A stretch of 64,000 bases of DNA. It comes from Flavobacterium sp. GTDB taxonomy: Bacteria > Bacteroidota > Bacteroidia > Flavobacteriales > Flavobacteriaceae. Position numbers and translations under genes: made by a program. Below, piece by piece: positions 30,053 through 39,167 of the stretch (position 1 is its first letter; every line of letters begins with the position of its first letter). Under the pieces are notes generated by a model. The model made no database searches. It was not told the origin of the DNA and worked only from the letters and a program-made list of their open reading frames with translations. The stretch spans positions 2,844-66,843 of the forward strand of contig JANMZS010000175.1 in assembly GCA_031383535.1 (NCBI GenBank). Reading direction: 5' to 3'.

Positions 30053-31024
30053 ATGAAAAATGGAGCTTTAATTATTTCACTTGATTTCGAATTAGTATGG
30101 GGACTTTTTGACCATATTGAAATTAAAGATAAGCTTACTTACTTTAACAATACTCTCGAAGCAATTCCACAAATTCTAAGTGTTTTTGAAAAGAATACCA
30201 TCCACGTAACTTGGGCTACCGTCGGGATGTTATTTAACGAAAACTGGGAGGAATGGTATTCGAATATTCCCGAAATCATACCTACTTATGCTCAAAAGGA
30301 ATTAGATGCCTATCAATATGGAAAGAAGCATCAAAAATCTGGATTAGAAAAATTCTTTTTTGCTCCAGATTTGATTAAAACCATTCAAAGTGTCAAAGGG
30401 CAAGAAATTGGCACCCATACGTATTCCCATTACTATTGTTTACAAAAAGGGCAAACCAAAGAGCAATTCGAAGCCGATATTAATCAGGCTGTTAAAATTG
30501 CGAGGAATTTTAAAATAGAATTGAAATCCCTTGTTTTTCCTCGAAACCAATTCAATCAAGACTATTTAGAAATATGTGCTCAAAAAGATATTGAAACTGT
30601 TCGTTCTAATCCTGATTTTTGGTATTGGGATACTGCTAAAAGAGAAACCCTAGCCGTAAAAATCGCACGCACGGGAGACGCCTATTTGCCTTTAGGTAAA
30701 AAATCGTATTCGGTTGAAAGTTTAGCACCAAAAAAAGTACTTTGTCAGCCCTCTAGTCGATTTCTAAGACCACAACATTCGATGACATTATTCAATAATG
30801 CTAGGCTTAATCGGATTAAGACTGAAATGATTCATGCGGCTAAAAATGGCGAAGTGTATCATTTGTGGTGGCATCCTCATAATTTTGGTGTAGATGTTAC
30901 TAATGCTATCAAAACGCTACAAGCTATTGTCGAAACATATTCGTATTGTAGTGAAACTTATGGAATGGAAAGTCTTACGATGAAGGAATTGAGAGATGAT
31001 TTTTGCACCAAAAATAATATCTAA
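30053..31024 (+). CDS. Polysaccharide deacetylase family protein
   Basis: SLDFELVWG, EIGTHTYSH, VFPRNQ, HLWWHPHNFG. Confidence 0.85.
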   Translation: MKNGALIISLDFELVWGLFDHIEIKDKLTYFNNTLEAIPQILSVFEKNTIHVTWATVGMLFNENWEEWYSNIPEIIPTYAQKELDAYQYGKKHQKSGLEKFFFAPDLIKTIQSVKGQEIGTHTYSHYYCLQKGQTKEQFEADINQAVKIARNFKIELKSLVFPRNQFNQDYLEICAQKDIETVRSNPDFWYWDTAKRETLAVKIARTGDAYLPLGKKSYSVESLAPKKVLCQPSSRFLRPQHSMTLFNNARLNRIKTEMIHAAKNGEVYHLWWHPHNFGVDVTNAIKTLQAIVETYSYCSETYGMESLTMKELRDDFCTKNNI

Positions 31025-31025
31025 G

Positions 31026-32198
31026 ATGTCAAAACAAACCTTAATTCGCATTACTACTGTTCCGCTGTCTTTAGAAAAATTACTGACTGGGCAATTGCAT
31101 TTTATGAGTTCGTTTTACAATGTAATTGCTATTTCATCAGATAAAGAAAGGTTAGAAAAATATGGACAACTCGAAAAAGTTTCTGTCTTTCCGCTCGAAA
31201 TGACACGGAAAATCACTCCGCTTCAAGACTTAATAACGGTTGTTAAGTTGTATTTTTTCTTAAAAAAAACGAAGCCATTTATTGTTCATACTCATACTCC
31301 AAAAGCAGGAATTGTCGGAATGCTAGCTTCAAAATTAGCGGGCGTACCTCACCGATTGCATACCGTTGCTGGAATGCCTTTATTAGAACAATCGGGTTTG
31401 AAAAGAGTAGTATTAGATTTTGTAGAAAAACTCACTTATTCTTGTGCCACAAAAGTGTATCCCAATTCATTTAAATTGAAGGAGATTATAATTCAAAATG
31501 AGTATTGTCATCCAGTGAAATTAAAAGTCTTAGCCAATGGTAGCTCCAACGGAATTGACACTACTTATTTTGATACTTCTCATTTTTCTGAAGAATTAAA
31601 AAATAATTTAAAAAAAGAATTAGGAATTCAATCCTCTGATTTTGTTTTTATATTCGTGGGTCGCATAGTCACCGACAAAGGAATAAATGAATTAATTGCC
31701 GCTTTTTCAGCAATTCAAAAAAACAGAAATAATATAAAACTACTATTAGTGGGGCCCTATGAGCAAGAATTAGACCCTTTGAATGAGGATACTTTGCATC
31801 AAATAGGCACTAATGAATCCATATTTTCATTGGGGTATCAACTAGATGTAAGGCCTTATTTTGCTATTGCTGACGGATTGGTTTTTCCTAGTTATAGAGA
31901 GGGTTTTCCTAATGTAGTGATGCAGGCGGGCGCCATGGGGTTGCCGAGTATAGTGACGGATATCAACGGTTGTAATGAGATTATTGAACACCAAAAAAAC
32001 GGTTGTGTCATTCCTGTAAAAAATCAAAATGCGATTCAAGAATCGATGTTACATTTTATAGAAAATAAAGAGCAATATTCTAAAATGCAAGAAAATTCAA
32101 GACAAATGATTGTATCCCGTTTTGATCAAAAAATAATGTGGAAATCAATTTTGCAGGAATATCGTAGTTTTGAATCTAAATTAATGGATGATGTATAA
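31026..32198 (+). CDS. Glycosyltransferase family 4 (PglA/CapM-like)
   Basis: HTHTPKAG, GRIVTDKG, PSYREGFPNVVMQA; start at ATG 31026. Confidence 0.9.
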   Translation: MSKQTLIRITTVPLSLEKLLTGQLHFMSSFYNVIAISSDKERLEKYGQLEKVSVFPLEMTRKITPLQDLITVVKLYFFLKKTKPFIVHTHTPKAGIVGMLASKLAGVPHRLHTVAGMPLLEQSGLKRVVLDFVEKLTYSCATKVYPNSFKLKEIIIQNEYCHPVKLKVLANGSSNGIDTTYFDTSHFSEELKNNLKKELGIQSSDFVFIFVGRIVTDKGINELIAAFSAIQKNRNNIKLLLVGPYEQELDPLNEDTLHQIGTNESIFSLGYQLDVRPYFAIADGLVFPSYREGFPNVVMQAGAMGLPSIVTDINGCNEIIEHQKNGCVIPVKNQNAIQESMLHFIENKEQYSKMQENSRQMIVSRFDQKIMWKSILQEYRSFESKLMDDV

Positions 32199-32799
32199 AA
32201 AATACTTCAAGCAAATCATCGACTTTTTTATTGCTATTATTGCATTAGTGGTTTTATCACCTTTGTTTCTGGTAATTGTTATATTTCTATTTATTGCAAA
32301 CGACGGAAGTCCTTTTTTCTTTCAAAATCGTCCCGGAAGAGACGGTGTCGTTTTTAAAATTGTAAAATTTAAAACGATGAATGACAAGAGAGATACAGAC
32401 GGAAATTTATGTTCGGATGAAATACGATTAACTAAAATAGGGAGTTTTGTCAGAAAAACTTCTCTGGATGAACTACCTCAATTGATTAATGTTGTAAAAG
32501 GTGATATGAGTTTGATAGGCCCTAGACCATTACTAACCCAATATTTACATTTGTATTCCGACTATCAAAATAGAAGACATGAGGTAAAACCAGGGATTAC
32601 AGGATTAGCTCAAGTAAACGGAAGAAACGCCATTTCATGGGGTGAAAAATTTGATTATGATGTTTCGTATGTAGACAACATATCTTTTTTATTAGATATA
32701 AAAATACTTTTTTTAACCATAAAAAAAGTATTTTTAAAAGAAGGAATTAATTCAGAAAATGCTGCCACTATTGAACCTTTCAACGGATATAATTTATGA
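32188..32799 (+). CDS. Initiating phosphoglycosyltransferase (PglC/Bac_transf family)
   Basis: KFKTM, RKTSLDELPQL, GPRP, PGITGLAQVNGRN. Confidence 0.93.
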   Translation: MMYKKYFKQIIDFFIAIIALVVLSPLFLVIVIFLFIANDGSPFFFQNRPGRDGVVFKIVKFKTMNDKRDTDGNLCSDEIRLTKIGSFVRKTSLDELPQLINVVKGDMSLIGPRPLLTQYLHLYSDYQNRRHEVKPGITGLAQVNGRNAISWGEKFDYDVSYVDNISFLLDIKILFLTIKKVFLKEGINSENAATIEPFNGYNL

Positions 32800-33125
32800 A
32801 CATTGAAAAAAAAATCGTCAGATCCATTCATAGATCTTCAACTGCTTTTGAACTTTATAAAGAGGATAAAATGTACTATCAAGCTTTGAGAATTTTTAAA
32901 GCTAATAAAAAGATATATAAATTACTTATCGAATATTCTTATTCTTGCGAAGAGACAAGTTTAAAAGAGGTGCATCATTATATTTTTCATTTAGAAGATT
33001 GGTTTGAACAATTTAATAAATTTGCTACCGAAACTATTCAGTTAGAAGATGTTTTTGTTTTTGAACGACTCAAAAATTCAATTCCTTTTCCTTCAGATTT
33101 TATCAATAAACTCAATTCCTTATGA
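32796..33125 (+). CDS. Hypothetical protein (109 aa)
   Basis: Start and stop overlap both neighbours (ATGA coupling); no motif recognised. Confidence 0.65.
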   Translation: MNIEKKIVRSIHRSSTAFELYKEDKMYYQALRIFKANKKIYKLLIEYSYSCEETSLKEVHHYIFHLEDWFEQFNKFATETIQLEDVFVFERLKNSIPFPSDFINKLNSL

Positions 33126-33880
33126 AATTTGCATTTGCTGGTGACAGAAAAATTAGTTGTACCATATTAAAATTTATAATTAGTAGAGGTTTCAAACCAT
33201 CTGCACTTTTAATTAGTGATTTTGATAAAGCTTCTCATGATGAGGATTTAATTCAAATTTCGGGATTAGAAAAGGCATTAATTTTTAGGGGAAATGAATT
33301 TAAAAACCCTGAAGTAATTCAATTTTTGTCTAGTTTAGAATTGGATTATATTTTTGGAATTCATTTTCCTTACATCATTCCTACCGAAATTTTAGCTATT
33401 CCAAAAATTGGGGTTGTTAATTTGCATCCGGCTTATTTGCCTTATAATAAAGGTTGGCACACCCCTTCTTGGGCAATAATTGAGGGTTGTCCTTATGGGG
33501 CAACACTTCATTTTATGGAAGAGGCATTAGATGAGGGCGATATCATTCATCAAAAAGCAATAGACGTTTACCCAACAGATACTGCGAACTCATTATATAA
33601 AAGAGTATTAAAGTTAGAAGAAGAAGTTTTTTTTGAGGCATTTGATTCTCTTTCAGAACTAAATCCAAAACGGATAAAGCAATTAGACAAAGGAACTTCA
33701 CACCAAAAAAAGGAATTAAAAGCATTACAAGAAATTAATATTTCAGAAAATGGCAGTGCAATTGATTTAATTAATAAAATTAGAGCCCTTACAACCAATG
33801 ACCATAATGAATCGGCTTATTTTATTTTAGATAATAAAAAAATTGGGGTTCAAATTAACTTATTTTACCAAAATGAATAA
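33122..33880 (+). CDS. Sugar N-formyltransferase (formyl_trans_N family)
   Basis: NLHPAYLPYNKG, GATLHFM, LDEGDII. Confidence 0.8.
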   Translation: MKFAFAGDRKISCTILKFIISRGFKPSALLISDFDKASHDEDLIQISGLEKALIFRGNEFKNPEVIQFLSSLELDYIFGIHFPYIIPTEILAIPKIGVVNLHPAYLPYNKGWHTPSWAIIEGCPYGATLHFMEEALDEGDIIHQKAIDVYPTDTANSLYKRVLKLEEEVFFEAFDSLSELNPKRIKQLDKGTSHQKKELKALQEINISENGSAIDLINKIRALTTNDHNESAYFILDNKKIGVQINLFYQNE

Positions 33881-35018
33881 TTCCAAAATATGGCTTTCGT
33901 CCCCACACATGGGGGGCAATGAACAAAAGTTTGTTCAGGATGCTTTTGATACCAATTGGGTGGCACCACTCGGACCTAATGTCAACGGTTTAGAAAAAGA
34001 CTTGGAGGACTATTTAGGTAATGATTCACATATTGGGGCACTAAGTTCAGGAACTGCCGCTATTCATTTAGGCTTAGTTTTGCTGGGAGTAAAGGCTGGT
34101 GATGAGGTGATTTGCCAAAGCATGACTTTTTCGGCATCGGCGAATCCTATTTTATATCAAGGCGCAATACCTGTTTTTGTTGATAGTGAGTGGGACACTT
34201 GGAATATTTGCCCTACGGCTTTAGAAGAAGCAATAAAAGATAGAATCGCAAAGGGTAAAACGCCAAAAGCCATTATTGCCGTTCATTTATATGGAGTCCC
34301 TTATAACGTACAAGCCATTAGGGAAATTGCTGACAGCTATGAAATTCCAATTTTGGAAGATAGTGCCGAGGCTTTAGGGAGTAGTTATAAAGGGCAAAAA
34401 TGCGGTACTTTTGGCGATATTGGAGTATTGTCATTTAATGGAAATAAAATTATCACCACTTCGGGAGGAGGAGCCATTGTAACTAAAACGAAAGCGTTGA
34501 AAGATAAAGCCGTTTTTTTTGCCACCCAATCAAGGGATGAAGCACCCCATTATCAGCACAGCGAAATAGGATATAATTACAGAATGAGTAATATTTGTGC
34601 CGGAATAGGTCGGGGTCAAATGGAAGTTTTAGACAATCATGTTGCATTGCGAAGAGCCATGCATGATTTTTATGTTGATTTATTTAAGAAAATTAAAGGC
34701 GTTAAAGTTTTTGAAGTTCCTAATTCAGATTATTTTTCAAATTATTGGTTGAGTGCCATCACAATAGATTATGAATTGACAAATGGAATAGACAGAGAAA
34801 CAATGCGTTTGGCTTTAGAAGCGGATCATATAGAAAGTCGACCGCTATGGAAACCAATGCACCTTCAACCAATTTTCGAGCAATATCCTTATTATGGCAC
34901 AAACGTAGCAGCAACTTTATTTGAAAATGGACTTTGTCTTCCTTCGGGTTCAAATCTCACTGACGACGAAAGAACTAGAATTAAGACAGTAGTGAACCGT
35001 TTATTTAAAAGTGAGTAA
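33873..35018 (+). CDS. DegT/DnrJ/PglE PLP-dependent sugar aminotransferase
   Basis: SSGTAAIHL, EDSAEA, SFNGNKIITT (PLP Lys), GYNYRM; start at ATG 33873. Confidence 0.93.
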   Translation: MNNSKIWLSSPHMGGNEQKFVQDAFDTNWVAPLGPNVNGLEKDLEDYLGNDSHIGALSSGTAAIHLGLVLLGVKAGDEVICQSMTFSASANPILYQGAIPVFVDSEWDTWNICPTALEEAIKDRIAKGKTPKAIIAVHLYGVPYNVQAIREIADSYEIPILEDSAEALGSSYKGQKCGTFGDIGVLSFNGNKIITTSGGGAIVTKTKALKDKAVFFATQSRDEAPHYQHSEIGYNYRMSNICAGIGRGQMEVLDNHVALRRAMHDFYVDLFKKIKGVKVFEVPNSDYFSNYWLSAITIDYELTNGIDRETMRLALEADHIESRPLWKPMHLQPIFEQYPYYGTNVAATLFENGLCLPSGSNLTDDERTRIKTVVNRLFKSE

Positions 35019-35087
35019 TGTTTAGTAAGAAAGTAACAATTCAAACAATATCATTAATTTAGTCACCCATAACTCATAACCCAATAG

Positions 35088-35199
35088 GAAACGCCCAAGA
35101 CAATTATCATTAACACACAAGAATATGATTATAGGCGTTCCATCTGCCTGTCGGCAGACAGGTCTTCCAATAAATAACAAATATTATAAACAGATGAAA
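35088..35199 (+). repeat. 112-bp direct repeat, copy 2 (leader plus ATGAAA of rfbA)
   Basis: Matches 3751-3862 at an offset of 31,337 bp. Confidence 0.95.
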
Positions 35200-36066
35200 G
35201 GAATAATTCTAGCAGGAGGATCGGGTACAAGATTACACCCCTTAACCTTAGCAATAAGTAAGCAAATGATGCCTGTGTATGACAAACCGATGATTTATTA
35301 TCCACTTTCAACATTAATGATGGCGGGAATAAACGAAATACTAATTATTTCAACGACACACGATTTGCCTAATTTCATAAAATTATTAGGAGATGGTTCT
35401 AGTTTAGGATGTAAATTCAGTTATGCTGAACAAGCTGTTCCAAATGGTTTGGCACAAGCTTTTGTAATAGGAGAAAAATTTATAGGCGATGATTCTGTAG
35501 CATTAGTTTTAGGAGATAATATTTTCTTTGGTGACAATTTGCCACAGTTATTACAATCTAATATAAACCCAAAAGGAGGTGTTGTGTTTGCGTATCATGT
35601 AGCTGACCCTGAGCGATATGGTGTGGTTGAGTTTGATAAAGAAAATAAAGTATTATCAATAGAAGAAAAACCCCAAAACCCTAAATCTAATTATGCTGTT
35701 CCTGGTCTTTATTTTTATGACAATAGTGTGGTTGAAATTGCCAAGCATATTGAACCAAGTGCCAGAGGCGAATATGAAATTACCGATATTAACAAAGTCT
35801 ATTTAGAAAAAGGATTGTTAAAAGTAGGGATTTTAGGAAGAGGAAATGCTTGGTTGGATACTGGGACTTTTGCCAGTTTAATGCAAGCAGGACAATTTGT
35901 TCAAGTGATAGAAGAAAGACAAGGATTAAAAGTAGGGTGTATTGAAGAAATTGCTTGGCGCCAAAATTATATTAATGACGACCAATTAAAAGCGTTGGCA
36001 CATCCATTATTAAAGTCTGGTTATGGTACTTATTTACTTCAATTAATAAAATATAAAAAACAGTAA
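35194..36066 (+). CDS. rfbA: Glucose-1-phosphate thymidylyltransferase
   Basis: [58 protein letters not shown]. True start is ATG 35194. Confidence 0.97.
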   Translation: MKGIILAGGSGTRLHPLTLAISKQMMPVYDKPMIYYPLSTLMMAGINEILIISTTHDLPNFIKLLGDGSSLGCKFSYAEQAVPNGLAQAFVIGEKFIGDDSVALVLGDNIFFGDNLPQLLQSNINPKGGVVFAYHVADPERYGVVEFDKENKVLSIEEKPQNPKSNYAVPGLYFYDNSVVEIAKHIEPSARGEYEITDINKVYLEKGLLKVGILGRGNAWLDTGTFASLMQAGQFVQVIEERQGLKVGCIEEIAWRQNYINDDQLKALAHPLLKSGYGTYLLQLIKYKKQ

Positions 36067-36244
36067 ATCAATGATATTTTATAAGTTTAGTGCTAACAAA
36101 ATATTATAAAAATGTAATTTAATTGCTTTTATTTGGTTTTTCCATTTTAAATTGTTTATTTTATTGCATATTTAATTTAAAATTCAATTTCCAATTTTAA
36201 ATAGCAAAATAAGTGAATTTAATTTTTCCGCAAAAGAATAAGTT

Positions 36245-38197
36245 TTGAATAATAAATACAATAAAGAGAGTGTCTCTTTTTCAACATTTTTTTCAAGAAA
36301 GAATTTAACTTTTAAAATAAATAATCTAAATTATTTGCCTCGGTGGATAATAGTATTGATTGATTGTTCTGTTTTAGTAGCTTCTTTTATATTAACCTAT
36401 CTTTTATTTGAGGGTACGGGATTGGATTATATTATTAGAACACATGCTACTAGATTTATCGTACTGTTTTTTGGGGTTAATGTTTTTTTCTTTTGGTTAT
36501 TTAGGACTTATGCGGGTATCATAAGACATTCTTCCTATATAGATGCAGTTAAGATTTTCTTTTCTCAGTCGGCTGTTTTGCTTTTTTTTATTTTTTTAAA
36601 TGTTTTTTTTGAATTTACCTATCATCAAAAAGCGTATTCAAACACAGCTCTATTTATAAATGTTATATTAACCTTTTGTGGATTGTTTTTATATCGTGTG
36701 ATTGTAAAGCAAACTTTCGATTTTTATACTTCCAAAAAAAACAATCAAAATTTAACTAAAATAATTATTTATGGGACGGATGCCAATGCAATTTATGTGG
36801 CAAAGGCTTTGAAATTTGAAACTCCTTCCCGTTTTAAGATTCTTGGATTTGTTGACAAAAATAATCAGAATGCTACAAAGCGAATGTTAGACTTGCCTAT
36901 TTTTATCCAAGGAAAAAAATTACCCAACTTAATGCGCACAGTGGGTGCAAAGGGTATTATACTTGCCGATAGAAGTTTATCAAAAGAGGAACAGTTGGTA
37001 CTTGTGGATCAATGTTTAGAATTTGACTATAAAATATTTACTGCGCCATCAATTTCTAATTGGGAGAATCAAAAGGAGATTTCTAAAAATGTAAAGGAAA
37101 TACAGATAGAAGATTTGCTTGAAAGACAACCTATTGTCTTGGATAGTTTATCAATTTCAAAACAATTAGAAGGAAAAAAAATATTGATTTCTGGGGGAGC
37201 AGGTTCTATTGGAAGTGAAATAGTTCGACAAGTAATTATGTTTAATCCAGGAGAAATAATTATTTTGGATCAGGCAGAAACACCCTTGCATAATTTGACT
37301 CTTGAATTAGAAAGTATAAAACCTAATTTTAAGGTTCATACTATTATTGGCGACATTAGAAATAAAGAAGCCATGAATAAAGTTTTTAATCAATTTAAAC
37401 CACAAATTGTTTTTCATGCTGCTGCCTACAAACATGTTCCATTAATGGAAGATAATCCTTCACAAGCCATCCAAACAAATGTCGAAGGGACTAAGAATAT
37501 GGCTGATTTATCTTGCGAATTCAAAGTCGAAAAGTTTGTTATGATATCGACTGATAAAGCGGTAAATCCGAGTAGTATAATGGGTGCTAGTAAAAGAATC
37601 GCCGAAATATATGTTCAGTCCTTACAATTCAAAAAGAAATGTGCTTATACTAAATTTATCACCACTCGTTTTGGTAATGTTCTTGGTTCAAACGGTTCTG
37701 TTGTGCCTTTATTTACAAAACAAATTGCCGAAGGAGGGCCTATAACAGTAACGCATCCTGATATCATTCGATATTTCATGACCATACCTGAGGCTTGTCA
37801 ATTAGTGTTAGAAGCAGCTACAATGGGTCGAGGAGGTGAAATATATATATTTGATATGGGTAAGCCAATTAAAATTATAGATTTAGCCAATAAAATGATT
37901 AAACTAGCTGGATTTTCTCCTGATAAAGAAATCAAAATACAATTTACAGGATTACGACCAGGTGAAAAATTGTATGAAGAACTACTCAATCATACTTCAA
38001 AAACGCTAAATACGCACCATCCCAAAATAATGATTGAGCAAGTTGTTGATGAACAAGATGAATTTATTCATTCAGAGATTGATGAACTTATAGGGATGTC
38101 AAAATATTTTGACAATGAAGATATAGTGTCAAAAATGAAAAAAATAGTTCCTGAATTTAAAAGTATGAACTCGTGCTTTCAAATATTAGATAACTAA
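36245..38197 (+). CDS. CapD/PglF/WbpM-like nucleotide-sugar 4,6-dehydratase with N-terminal TM region
   Basis: GGAGSIGSE, HAAAYKHVPLME, STDKAV, RFGNVLGSNGSV, RYFMTIPEA, RPGEKLYEE. Confidence 0.93.
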   Translation: MNNKYNKESVSFSTFFSRKNLTFKINNLNYLPRWIIVLIDCSVLVASFILTYLLFEGTGLDYIIRTHATRFIVLFFGVNVFFFWLFRTYAGIIRHSSYIDAVKIFFSQSAVLLFFIFLNVFFEFTYHQKAYSNTALFINVILTFCGLFLYRVIVKQTFDFYTSKKNNQNLTKIIIYGTDANAIYVAKALKFETPSRFKILGFVDKNNQNATKRMLDLPIFIQGKKLPNLMRTVGAKGIILADRSLSKEEQLVLVDQCLEFDYKIFTAPSISNWENQKEISKNVKEIQIEDLLERQPIVLDSLSISKQLEGKKILISGGAGSIGSEIVRQVIMFNPGEIIILDQAETPLHNLTLELESIKPNFKVHTIIGDIRNKEAMNKVFNQFKPQIVFHAAAYKHVPLMEDNPSQAIQTNVEGTKNMADLSCEFKVEKFVMISTDKAVNPSSIMGASKRIAEIYVQSLQFKKKCAYTKFITTRFGNVLGSNGSVVPLFTKQIAEGGPITVTHPDIIRYFMTIPEACQLVLEAATMGRGGEIYIFDMGKPIKIIDLANKMIKLAGFSPDKEIKIQFTGLRPGEKLYEELLNHTSKTLNTHHPKIMIEQVVDEQDEFIHSEIDELIGMSKYFDNEDIVSKMKKIVPEFKSMNSCFQILDN

Positions 38198-38339
38198 CTT
38201 ATTTTTGCCTAATAAAATTTTAAGCGTCAATACAAATAGGCTTAATTTTTTTTTCTTTCTCTTTATATAAATTCTTTCACTTCTTTTATTTCATAGATTT
38301 TATTTTGTTTTTTATAAATTTTAATCAAATAGGAATGGT

Positions 38340-38347
38340 TATATTTG
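38340..38347 (+). promoter_or_regulatory. Putative Bacteroidota -7 promoter box for wza
   Basis: TATATTTG (TAnnTTTG) 22 bp upstream of the ATG. Confidence 0.5.
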
Positions 38348-38369
38348 CTCCTTTAAAAACATAAAATCA

Positions 38370-39155
38370 ATGAAAAATTTTTTTTTATTTAAAAAGTTTG
38401 TCCTTTTAGTATTAGTTTCCATTTTCTTTTTTTCATGTGTCTCTAAAAAAACCATGATTTATTACAGCAATGTAAAAAAAATTCAAAATAAAGAATTAAC
38501 AAATTCATACGAAATTAGAATTCAACCTGATGATTTACTTATGATTAATGTCACTTGTGAAGATTCAGAAATTTCAAAACCTTTTAATATAAATAACAAT
38601 AATTTACAATCGAATAGTGGTGGTCAGAATCAACAAAATGGCTCTATTTATCTAGTTGATGTCAATGGTTTTGTTAACTTACCCATTTTAGGAAGTTTAA
38701 AGGTTGGTGGGCTAACCCGAACAGAATTAATGAAAATGTTGACTGATAAAGTTTCCCAATACATAAAAAATCCTTTAATTATTGTCACAATTCGTAATTA
38801 TAAAGTCACAGTTCAAGGCGAGGTAGCTGCGCCAGGAATCTATAATTTTGACACAGAGCGGTTTACTTTGGTTGATGCATTGTTAAAAGCGGGTGATTTA
38901 AAAATACAAGCCAAAAGGGATAATATATTAATTATAAGACAAGTTGATGGAGTTGTATCCTATAATAGAGTCGATATTACGAAAACTGATTTTATTAACT
39001 CACCTTTCTATTATTTAAGACAAAATGACATGGTGTATGTTGAGCCAAACCGAGTGGCAATTCAAGCTAATGCTAAGGGACCTTTGACTAATATTCTATA
39101 TACTTTAGTGGGGTCAATAATCACTTATTTTGTTCTTCAAAGTGTTATCAAATAA
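38370..39155 (+). CDS. wza: Polysaccharide export outer-membrane lipoprotein
   Basis: Lipobox FFSC, IQPDDLLMI, GFVNLPILG, GEVAAPG, YLRQNDMVYVEPN. Confidence 0.9.
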   Translation: MKNFFLFKKFVLLVLVSIFFFSCVSKKTMIYYSNVKKIQNKELTNSYEIRIQPDDLLMINVTCEDSEISKPFNINNNNLQSNSGGQNQQNGSIYLVDVNGFVNLPILGSLKVGGLTRTELMKMLTDKVSQYIKNPLIIVTIRNYKVTVQGEVAAPGIYNFDTERFTLVDALLKAGDLKIQAKRDNILIIRQVDGVVSYNRVDITKTDFINSPFYYLRQNDMVYVEPNRVAIQANAKGPLTNILYTLVGSIITYFVLQSVIK

Positions 39156-39167
39156 AAGTAAGTTTTA

